This document shows positions 1-7,492 of a DNA stretch of 19,605 bases, piece after piece (position 1 is the first letter of the stretch; each line of letters starts with the position of its first letter). A model generated the notes under the pieces. The model was not told the DNA's origin and made no database searches. It saw only the letters and a program-made list of their open reading frames with translations. A program made the position numbers and the translations under genes. Origin of the DNA: Candidatus Woesearchaeota archaeon (GTDB lineage: Archaea; Nanobdellota; Nanobdellia; Woesearchaeales; GW2011-AR15); assembly GCA_038874655.1 (NCBI GenBank), contig JAVZBY010000012.1:4206-23810 (forward strand), read 5' to 3'.

Positions 1-885
1 ATCACCAGTTCCTGCAACAACAAATTTTACATTTGGCATTATTTTTAAAACCTTATGAGCAGCTTCAATAAAATAATCAGGACCTTTTTGCAATGTTAAT
101 CTACCTAAAAATAGAACAACTTTATCATTCTCATCAATTTCATTAATATTATTATTTTTTTCATTTACTTTATTTTTCTTTAATTTTTCTTTATCTTTTT
201 TTTTATTTTTTGTTTGTTCTATGCCATTATGTACAACAAAGACTTTTTCAGGGTTAATACCATAATGTTTTACAATCATTTCTTTTGTATAATTACTTAC
301 AGCAATTATTTTATCAGCAAAATGCATACCCTCTCTTTCAATATCATAAACCATTTGATTTGGATGTCCACCAGTTCTATCAAAATCAGTAGCATGTACA
401 TGCACAACAAGAGGTTTTCCAGAAATTTGTTTTGCTTTAATTCCTGCTTTAAATGTAAGCCAGTCATGACAATGAATAATATCAAAATCCTCAAACTTAG
501 CAATTATAGCTGCTTTTTCCGCAAACCTATTAACTTCCTCAAACAAATTTCTACCATAAAGTTCAGAAATTTCACTATTGATTGCAATCAAATTTTTATA
601 AAAAGATTCATACTCTTTTTGATATTGTAATTCAGTCATATAAGGCATTAACAAAGAATCTAAATATTTTATTTTCAATTTTTTATTTTCAATATACAAC
701 TCAGATGCAGGAATTACATTAATAAAATTATAATTATAACTGCCTTTTGGAACAACAAAAGTAATTTTTATTCCTTTTTTCGTTAAACTTTTAGTTAAGC
801 CATAACAAGCAGTTCCTAAGCCGCCAAAATTATATGGAGGAAATTCCCACCCAAACATTAGAATTTTTAATTCTTTTTTTTTCAT
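1..885 (-). CDS. GT-B fold family 4 glycosyltransferase (glycogen/alpha-glucan synthase-like); 3' end runs off the window
   Basis: Absent from the ORF track because there is no stop in the window. Manual translation from ATG 885 gives MKKKELKILMFGWEFPPYNFGGLGTACYGL...IIHCHDWLT...VHVHATDFDR...IIAVSNYT...VVHNGI...VLFLGRLTLQKGPDYFIEAA...FVVAGTGD, all in one frame. These are typical GT4 motifs. GAGG lies upstream. Confidence 0.93.
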   Translation of the reverse strand, partial: MKKKELKILMFGWEFPPYNFGGLGTACYGLTKSLTKKGIKITFVVPKGSYNYNFINVIPASELYIENKKLKIKYLDSLLMPYMTELQYQKEYESFYKNLIAINSEISELYGRNLFEEVNRFAEKAAIIAKFEDFDIIHCHDWLTFKAGIKAKQISGKPLVVHVHATDFDRTGGHPNQMVYDIEREGMHFADKIIAVSNYTKEMIVKHYGINPEKVFVVHNGIEQTKNKKKDKEKLKKNKVNEKNNNINEIDENDKVVLFLGRLTLQKGPDYFIEAAHKVLKIMPNVKFVVAGTGD

Positions 886-905
886 TTGGCAGCCTCATTT
901 AGAAA

Positions 906-1001
906 TTACATTAGATTATCATGACTTTTAGATTTGCAATATATTAAACTATAGATATACCTAAAATTACTAAAAATACAAGTTTCTAAAAACCCACCCA
1001 T
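906..1001 (-). CDS. Possible 31-aa small ORF/leader peptide upstream of the glycosyltransferase
   Basis: GAGGATAAA-ATG (SD-like), then MGGFLETCIFSNFRYIYSLIYCKSKSHDNLM-TAA. It ends 20 nt before the GT start. No recognisable homology. Confidence 0.35.
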   Translation of the reverse strand: MGGFLETCIFSNFRYIYSLIYCKSKSHDNLM

Positions 1002-1218
1002 TTTATCCTCTTTTATTTTATAAATATAATAAAATGTCTAGTTTAAATATTTTTCTATATTAATTACTAATTTAGAATAAATTTTATTTTTTTTAAATTT
1101 TTTAAATTTTTTTATATGTATTATAAGAAAAAAGTATTTATTTTTATCTCTATACTAGTTTATTTTTAAATAATTAAATAATTATTTAACTAAAATAATT
1201 ACTTTATTTTTAGAAAAA

Positions 1219-1249
1219 TTTAAATATTTCAATAGATTATTATAAACTA
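1219..1249 (+). promoter_or_regulatory. BRE/TATA promoter and imperfect dyad in front of the wHTH gene (leaderless)
   Basis: GAAAAA followed by TTTAAATA (1219-1226), 23 nt before ATG 1250. Dyad TAGATTATTATAAACTA at 1233-1249. Confidence 0.55.
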
Positions 1250-1909
1250 ATGGAAATTGAAAGTGTTTTTTTAGATTCAAAATGGAAAATACTTAATGAA
1301 TTAAGTCAAAAATCATTATCTCCTTCTGAGTTAGCTGAAAAAACAAAAACAAGCTTAGCAAACATAAGTGCACAAATTAGATTATTAGAAGCATTAGATT
1401 TTATAGAGATGGAAAAAATAAACAACATTGCAAAAGGAGAGCCAAGAAAACTTTATTCATTAAAAAAAGAGTTCAGCTATTTAATAATTGGAACAAAATT
1501 CTATGTTGGAAAAAAGATGTTTAAATTAGATGAAAAATTAATGTCAATCTTTTTATCATTGATGATTAATAAAAAAGAAATTTCCTTAGCTTTAATAAAA
1601 CTAATTCTTGATTTAGATTTTAAACTAATTGAAGGATTAGCATATTTGGATCACAAAATATCGGAACAAAATATTAATGAATCAACAATTTTTATTTTGT
1701 TAATAAAAAGTCAAGAAGCTAATTTTGATTACTTAAATAATAATTATATCCTAAAAGTTGATAATTTTAATTTTAAAATTAATGCAGCAATCTGCAATAA
1801 AGAAGAATTTCAAAATAATCTAAACAATGAAAATTGTATTGAGAAAATAAAAAAATCTTATATTTTATTTGATAGAGGTATTTTAAATAATCTTAAAAAA
1901 AATTTATAA
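1250..1909 (+). CDS. ArsR-like winged-helix transcriptional regulator with a C-terminal domain resembling a degenerate minimal nucleotidyltransferase
   Basis: N-terminus KWKILNELSQKSLSPSELAEKTKTSLANISAQIRLLEALDFIE...GEPRKLYSL fits a wHTH. The tail IKKSYILFDRGIL resembles MNT C-termini, but GS/DxD are absent. Confidence 0.8.
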   Translation: MEIESVFLDSKWKILNELSQKSLSPSELAEKTKTSLANISAQIRLLEALDFIEMEKINNIAKGEPRKLYSLKKEFSYLIIGTKFYVGKKMFKLDEKLMSIFLSLMINKKEISLALIKLILDLDFKLIEGLAYLDHKISEQNINESTIFILLIKSQEANFDYLNNNYILKVDNFNFKINAAICNKEEFQNNLNNENCIEKIKKSYILFDRGILNNLKKNL

Positions 1910-2029
1910 AACATTCAACTATAGTTTAGATATAGTTTTTTAATAAAACTAGAAAACATATAAAAATTAAGAGTGAAACATAAAAAATTTATACAAAATG
2001 AAACTAATAAAAATAAAAAAGGGGAAAAA

Positions 2030-2323
2030 ATGAACAAATTAGTTGGAATTATAAATTCATTAAATTATCAAGAATTAAAGTTAATACAAAAAGATGTACT
2101 AGAAGGTAATTTAGCAAAATTAATAAATGAAAGAATAAAAGAGTTTGAAAAAAATGAAACAGAAAATAATATTTGTCCAACCTGTGGAACTCCATTAAAT
2201 GAGGAAAATACAAAATTTGTTTTAATTTTTGGACCTATTGATTTCAAGAAAAAAGCAAGGTTTGATGAAATAGATTGCTTATCTTTCTTCATTGAAAAAC
2301 TAAAAAACAAAATTTACAAATAA
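2030..2323 (+). CDS. Small hypothetical protein with TRASH/zinc-finger-like CxxC...(D)xxxC motif
   Basis: In-frame ATG 2030 after AGGGG is preferred over GTG 1973. Motif CPTCG...FGPIDFKKKARFDEIDCL. Confidence 0.7.
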   Translation: MNKLVGIINSLNYQELKLIQKDVLEGNLAKLINERIKEFEKNETENNICPTCGTPLNEENTKFVLIFGPIDFKKKARFDEIDCLSFFIEKLKNKIYK

Positions 2324-2361
2324 AAATTATTATTAAATTCAAAAAAATTGGCTTGATTAAA

Positions 2362-3765
2362 ATGCTTAAAAAAACAAAAATAATTGCAACAATAGGGCCA
2401 TCATCAAAAGAATTAAACATCTTGGAAAAGATGGTTGAATCAGGAATGGATATTATTAGAATAAATAGTGCTCATGGGGATATAGAACAATATAAAAACA
2501 TAATAAAGAATATTAATGAATTAAATAAAAGAATAACCTATAAAAAAATTTCTGTTTTGTTAGATGTAAAGGGTCCTGAAATAAGAATAATCTCAGATAA
2601 AAAATATGATTTGAAATATAATGATATTATAGAAATTTTCTTTCCAACAAATTCTATGAAATCTAAGAAAAAGGATACTATGAAAATGCCCATTTTTAAT
2701 CATTTTTTTAAATCACAAACAGGAAATAAAATATTGGTTAATGATGGTTTATATGAATTAGAAATAATTAAAAAAAACAAGAATAGTATTGTTTTAAAAG
2801 CATTAATGAATTTACAGATAACTAATAAATTAAGAGTCAATATCCCAGGCGTTGAATATGATTCTGAGATATTAAGTGAAAATGATAAGAAAGTTATTTT
2901 AGAATTAAAAAACGAATTTGATTTTTTAGCTTTATCATATGTTAGAAATAAAAATGATCTCATTAATGCAAGGAATTTTTTAAATAAAAATAACATAGAT
3001 GTAAAAATTATCTCAAAAATAGAAAATATAGCAGCTGTTAATAATTTTGATGAAATTTTAGAGTATAGTGATGCAATCATGGTTGCCCGTGGCGATTTAG
3101 GTGTAGAATTAAAACATGAAAAAGTGCCAATAATTCAAAAAGAGATTATTAAAAAATGTAATCAAAAAGGTAAAGCAGTGATTACAGCAACACAAATGCT
3201 TCAAACAATGGTAGAAAACCCAGTTCCAACAAGAGCAGAAACAAGTGATGTAGCTAATTCTATATTAGATGGCACTGATGCTATTATGCTATCAGCTGAA
3301 AGTGCAACAGGAAAATTTCCTATTAATGCAGTTAAAGAAATGACAAAAATTGCAAAAGAAGTTGAGCCATATGTTAAATCTAATGTTGTTTTAGAAAAGA
3401 CAGAAAATATCTCAGAGGCAACAGCAAAGTCTATATCAGAAATTACAAAATTATTAAACATAAAAAAAGTAATTGCATTAACTCATACAGGATTTACTGC
3501 AAAAATGTTATCAAGATTTAGATTAAAACAACCAATTTATGCAATATGCAATGAAAAAATAGCAAAAGAATTAATTTTGTATTATGGTGTAGAACCATTT
3601 ATTTTTAATAATGGCTTAGAAAATATGAAAAATTTTATTAACACTTTAATTAATCAAAAGAGACTATTAAAAGAAGATTTAATTTTAATTGCTTCAGGAA
3701 CAAAACCAAATGAAACTAATTTAATAGAGATAAATTATGTTCATGAAATTTTGAATAAAAATTAA
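2362..3765 (+). CDS. pyk: Pyruvate kinase
   Basis: KTKIIATIGPSS, RINSAHG, DVKGPEIR, ISKIEN, signature DAIMVARGDLGVE, TATQMLQTM, PTRAETSDVAN, DAIMLSAESATGKFP. ATG 2362 preferred over TTG 2353. Confidence 0.98.
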   Translation: MLKKTKIIATIGPSSKELNILEKMVESGMDIIRINSAHGDIEQYKNIIKNINELNKRITYKKISVLLDVKGPEIRIISDKKYDLKYNDIIEIFFPTNSMKSKKKDTMKMPIFNHFFKSQTGNKILVNDGLYELEIIKKNKNSIVLKALMNLQITNKLRVNIPGVEYDSEILSENDKKVILELKNEFDFLALSYVRNKNDLINARNFLNKNNIDVKIISKIENIAAVNNFDEILEYSDAIMVARGDLGVELKHEKVPIIQKEIIKKCNQKGKAVITATQMLQTMVENPVPTRAETSDVANSILDGTDAIMLSAESATGKFPINAVKEMTKIAKEVEPYVKSNVVLEKTENISEATAKSISEITKLLNIKKVIALTHTGFTAKMLSRFRLKQPIYAICNEKIAKELILYYGVEPFIFNNGLENMKNFINTLINQKRLLKEDLILIASGTKPNETNLIEINYVHEILNKN

Positions 3766-3810
3766 ATTAATTTTTTTAATGATAATTTTTAAATAAAAAA
3801 AGGTGATAGA

Positions 3811-4398
3811 ATGAAAATAAAAATTGGTGTTATGGGTTCTTCAGAAATACCAAAAGATAAAATATTAATTGAAAAAGCCAGAGAAGTAGGAAGAGAAATA
3901 GCAAGGCATAATTGTATCTTAATAAATGGTGCTACTACAGGATTGCCAGATGAATCAGCAAAAGGTTGTAAAGAAGAAGATGGCTTTGTATTAGGAATTA
4001 GTCCTGCAAAAGACATGAAAGAACATGTTGAAGTTTATAGATTACCATATCAAAATTATGATTCAATAGTTTTTACAGGAGTAGGATTTAATTTTAGAAA
4101 TATTTTCAATATAAGAACCTCAGATGCTATTGTATTTATAAGAGGTTCATTAGGCACTTTAAATGAATTTACTATTGCATATGAAGATGGTAAAATTATT
4201 GGTGTTTTAGATAAAACCGGTGGCATAAGTGCTTTTTTTGATGAATTAATAGAAATATGTAAAAAAGAGACAAATGCAATTATTATTAAGGATTCAGATC
4301 CTAGAAAATTAATAAGGCGCTTAGTTCAAGAAGTAAAAAAAAGGTATTATGTTCCTAAGAACTCAAAAACAAAAACAAAAGCAGATAACGCAAAATAA
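3811..4398 (+). CDS. LOG/SLOG-family Rossmann-fold nucleotide-binding protein
   Basis: IGVMGSS, AREVGREIA, NGATTGLP, GISP, RNIFNIRTSDAIVFIRGSLGTLNEFTIAY (variant of the PGGxGTxxE motif). SD AGGTGA at 3801-3806. Confidence 0.88.
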   Translation: MKIKIGVMGSSEIPKDKILIEKAREVGREIARHNCILINGATTGLPDESAKGCKEEDGFVLGISPAKDMKEHVEVYRLPYQNYDSIVFTGVGFNFRNIFNIRTSDAIVFIRGSLGTLNEFTIAYEDGKIIGVLDKTGGISAFFDELIEICKKETNAIIIKDSDPRKLIRRLVQEVKKRYYVPKNSKTKTKADNAK

Positions 4399-4496
4399 AT
4401 TATAATCTAATTACAGAAAGAGCAAGAAAAAAAGTTAAGAATATTCATAAACTTTTTAAAATAAAATAAATTTCATTATGCTATTTTATTTAAAAT

Positions 4497-4602
4497 GGGC
4501 CCGTAGCTTAGTCTGGTGGAGCGATGCTCTTATATGAGATTGCTTCCTACAAAGAAGCCCTAAGCAAGGCATTGGTCGCCGGTTCAAATCCGGTCGGGCC
4601 CA
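4497..4602 (+). tRNA. tRNA-Ile(UAU) with a 32-nt intron at position 37/38 (4535-4566); CCA not encoded
   Basis: Acceptor GGGCCCG/CGGGCCC with discriminator A. D arm GCTT..GAGC. Anticodon stem ATGCT/GGCAT with loop CT-TAT-A^A. Variable loop TGGTC. T arm GCCGG-TTCAAAT-CCGGT. Bulge-helix-bulge: CTTA/TAAG central helix with bulges TA|T and CA|A. Confidence 0.93.
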
Positions 4603-4661
4603 CTTTCTTAAAATAAATATTTATAGTAAATTTTATAAAAGAGATATACTTTTCTTTCTCT

Positions 4662-5714
4662 ATTAGGTGGGGTTTTTATTTATTTTTTGATAGATATTTT
4701 TTTATAAGTTTATTTATAATTTTTCTACTTATTAATACTGTCATAGCAGGTAGAGTTATCTTAAATTCAGGTGTGATAAATGCAACAGGGATAGATATAA
4801 ATAATGGATTGCTATATGTAGATAGTGTCAATAATAAAATAGGAATAGGTAGTATATTACCAAGTTCAACATTAGATGTTAATGGTACTTTGAGTGTAAT
4901 AAATAAGTCAGGAGATTCACTCTTATATGTAGATAGTGTCAATAATAAAATAGGAATAGGAACGAACTCGCCTTCTTCAAGACTAGAGATAGGTAATGGA
5001 GGTGTCCTTAAAGTAAGTGGCTCATCCTCTCCAGCATATCCTACCACAGGAAGTGGTGTAGAAATTACTTATGATAGTGACGGATATTATGAAGCTTCTG
5101 GTAGTGGTGTAGGGGTAGGACTAATTCAATCAGTTGATAGAAATATAGGGCTTTATAAAGATTTTCGTATAAGATTTAATAACACTTTATTTCAATCTGG
5201 AAGTACAGCAACTACAAACCTTCTTATGCTAACATCTTCTGGTAGAGTTGGTATATTAACAACATCACCAGCATATACTTTAGATGTAGCAGGCCAAGCA
5301 CATGCATCTAGTTTTCCAACTTCATCTGATATAAGATTTAAAGAAAACATTACAAATGTATCTAATGCTATTGATAAGGTAAAAAAGATAAGAGCTGTCT
5401 ATTTTGATTGGAATAAAAATTACACAGAAATGGGAAGAAGTACAGGACATAGAGAATTAGGTGTTATTGGTCAAGAAATAGAAAAAGTTATTCCTGAAGT
5501 TGTTACATATTGGGGTGATGGGAATTATACTGCTGTTGATTATTCAAGATTGTCAGTTTTAGCTATTCAAGCTATCAAAGAACAACAAAAAATTATAGAA
5601 TCTTTAAATAAAACAATAACTTTATTAAATGAAAAAATTGAATATCTAGAAAAAAAGAATCAAAATATTTCTCTTGAAATAGAAATTCTGAAAAATTTAA
5701 CATCAAATAATTAA
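4662..5714 (+). CDS. Tail-fibre-like protein with N-terminal signal peptide, three IGIG/VGI-xxxP-xxxLD/EV repeats and C-terminal peptidase S74 (intramolecular chaperone) domain plus coiled coil; start uncertain (first canonical start is GTG 4773)
   Basis: SDIRFKENI...VYFDW...GVIGQEIEKVIPEVV...VDYSRLSVLAIQAIKEQQ is the S74 pattern, starting at 5325. The frame is open from 4617 and encodes RYFFISLFIIFLLINTVIA upstream of 4773. Confidence 0.85.
   Translation: MRWGFYLFFDRYFFISLFIIFLLINTVIAGRVILNSGVINATGIDINNGLLYVDSVNNKIGIGSILPSSTLDVNGTLSVINKSGDSLLYVDSVNNKIGIGTNSPSSRLEIGNGGVLKVSGSSSPAYPTTGSGVEITYDSDGYYEASGSGVGVGLIQSVDRNIGLYKDFRIRFNNTLFQSGSTATTNLLMLTSSGRVGILTTSPAYTLDVAGQAHASSFPTSSDIRFKENITNVSNAIDKVKKIRAVYFDWNKNYTEMGRSTGHRELGVIGQEIEKVIPEVVTYWGDGNYTAVDYSRLSVLAIQAIKEQQKIIESLNKTITLLNEKIEYLEKKNQNISLEIEILKNLTSNN
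4813..4960 (+). repeat. Exact 37-bp direct repeat (4813-4849 and 4924-4960), period 111 bp
   Basis: TATATGTAGATAGTGTCAATAATAAAATAGGAATAGG occurs twice and encodes (L)YVDSVNNKIGIG. Confidence 0.95.
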
Positions 5715-5761
5715 AAAATTTCAAAGAAAATATTTTATATAAAAACATCTTTTACAAATTT

Positions 5762-6346
5762 ATGGTTGTTTATAAACACAAAAAAAAAGAGTTATTATCA
5801 ACTAATCCTCTTTTAAATATAATTTATAAATACAATTTAACGAAATATCTTAAATATATTGCTATTATCATACTTTTTTTTCTTAATAAAAAGTGGTTTG
5901 TATTTGGTATTTTTACTATACTCACCTATATAATTATTTATTATTCAAAACTATGGCATCTTCCTATTGATGTTTCTCCATTATTTTTTTTTGGATTAGT
6001 TATAACTAAATACTATGGTTATCAATATATGATTTTGTTTTACATATTAGCTTATTTTATCCCTAAAACATTAGCAGGACAAAGTGCAAATTGGTTATCT
6101 TATATTTTTATTTCTATAAGCTGGTTATCCTTTTTAACAGTTTTTTTATTACCGAAAACATTAGATTTAAGAATATTGGGATACATAACAAGCATAATAC
6201 AATTTACTTTAGCAGCAATGTTTCAAGCAACAATGAAACCATTATTTATAGCAATAATAGATGGCATTGGCAATGTTTTAAACAATTTACTCTGGTTTCT
6301 TATTTTTTCTGATTTAATTGTCTGGATTATGAAATTTATTATGTAA
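5762..6346 (+). CDS. Integral membrane protein (about 6 hydrophobic segments), weakly reminiscent of ECF S-components
   Basis: Multiple hydrophobic stretches in 194 aa. TTTATATA (5734-5741) lies 20 nt before the ATG. Family assignment is a guess. Confidence 0.75.
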   Translation: MVVYKHKKKELLSTNPLLNIIYKYNLTKYLKYIAIIILFFLNKKWFVFGIFTILTYIIIYYSKLWHLPIDVSPLFFFGLVITKYYGYQYMILFYILAYFIPKTLAGQSANWLSYIFISISWLSFLTVFLLPKTLDLRILGYITSIIQFTLAAMFQATMKPLFIAIIDGIGNVLNNLLWFLIFSDLIVWIMKFIM

Positions 6347-6447
6347 TAAACTTTTTATAAAAAGCGTATTAATCTTCTATCTATATTTTAAAATATATAT
6401 ATAGTATATACTAAATATTAAAAAATCTTTTTTTATTTTCATTATAT

Positions 6448-6732
6448 ATGAATCTTTCACTTTGTTCATATAATTTTTTAGGTCATCGAGGAGAATGTAT
6501 TTTATTTTATGAAGGTAAACCTCCTGAAGGATATAAGCCTTTAGTCACATATGAAATTCCAAGAGAATTAGAAGTATTAAATGAGAGGGTTGGATTTAAT
6601 GGATTTACAATTATGAAGTATTATGGTAGCAATTATGTAGATAAGAAATCACCTGTGCCAAGATATATTGCTTTATTTCCAAATAGAAATACAAAAATTG
6701 ATTTAGAGTATATATTAACACAATTAAAATAA
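6448..6732 (+). CDS. Hypothetical protein (94 aa)
   Basis: ATG-TAA ORF filling the gap, with globular-looking composition and an upstream TATA-like box. No motif recognised. Confidence 0.65.
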   Translation: MNLSLCSYNFLGHRGECILFYEGKPPEGYKPLVTYEIPRELEVLNERVGFNGFTIMKYYGSNYVDKKSPVPRYIALFPNRNTKIDLEYILTQLK

Positions 6733-6770
6733 TGCTAAAACTTATAATTTTAATAAATTTCTTTTTTTAC

Positions 6771-7463
6771 ATGTTAATCTCTGGAATTGACGAAGCTGGT
6801 AGAGGTCCAGTTATAGGTCCACTAGTTTTAGCAGGAATTTCTTTAAATGAAAAGGATGAAAATAAACTAATTGAAATTAATGTAAAAGATTCTAAGTTAC
6901 TGACAAAAAAAGATAGAGAAATATTGTTTAAAAAAATATTATCAGTTGTTAAAGATTACAAAATAATTACACTGACACCTGAGATAATTGATGCGCATCT
7001 TAAATCAGAAGCAAGCAATTTAAATATTTTAGAAGCAAAAACAACAGCAGAAATTATAAATTTTTTAAATCCTGATAAAGTTATTATAGATTTACCAGAT
7101 AAAAATCAAAAAAGATATCAATCTTACATTATAGAGAAATTAAATGAACCTATCAAAGAAAAAATAAAACAAAAATCTTTCATTTTAATTACAGAGCATA
7201 AAGCAGATTTTAATTATCCAGTTGTTTCTGCTGCTTCTATTTTAGCAAAAGTAACTAGAGACAAATATATTGAAAATCTAAAAGAAATCTTTAAACAAGA
7301 TTTTGGCTCTGGTTATCCAAGCGATCCAAAAACAATAGATTTCATAAAAAAAAATTGGAATAATGACAAAATACATTTCATAAGAAAAGAATGGCTCACC
7401 TTTAAAGAAATAAAAAAAAATAAAACAATAGAAAAAGAGCAAAAAAAATTGTTTGATTATTAA
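6771..7463 (+). CDS. rnhB: Ribonuclease HII with C-terminal PCNA-interacting (PIP-like) motif
   Basis: GIDEAGRGPVIGP, DSKLL, EHKAD..YPVVSAASILAKVTRD, GSGYPSDPKT, and tail QKKLFDY. ATG 6771 (22 nt after CTTATAAT) is preferred over 6732. Confidence 0.97.
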   Translation: MLISGIDEAGRGPVIGPLVLAGISLNEKDENKLIEINVKDSKLLTKKDREILFKKILSVVKDYKIITLTPEIIDAHLKSEASNLNILEAKTTAEIINFLNPDKVIIDLPDKNQKRYQSYIIEKLNEPIKEKIKQKSFILITEHKADFNYPVVSAASILAKVTRDKYIENLKEIFKQDFGSGYPSDPKTIDFIKKNWNNDKIHFIRKEWLTFKEIKKNKTIEKEQKKLFDY

Positions 7464-7492
7464 TTTACTTAAATAGTAATTTTTTAAATATC

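Noticed and set aside
214-630. ORFs 214-630(+) and 306-503(-)
   Set aside because: Shadows of the GT4 gene, which has clear motifs in another frame.
1174-1189. Perfect 16-bp palindrome TTAAATAATTATTTAA
   Set aside because: Pure A/T in an almost pure A/T spacer, so it carries little information.
4523-4573. Reading the tRNA as an ochre suppressor (TTA anticodon) by shifting the stem one base
   Set aside because: This would remove position 26, put C at invariant U33 and break the BHB geometry. TAT fits all constraints.
2068-5047. Minus-strand ORFs 2068-2310, 2700-3080, 3201-3461, 3789-4016 and 4676-5047
   Set aside because: Antisense to well-supported genes, with no motifs of their own.
5767-5778. 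TGTTTATAAACA palindrome just after the membrane-protein start, with the same half-sites as the MNT operator
   Set aside because: Zero spacer instead of 6 bp, single copy, and likely by chance in AT-rich DNA.
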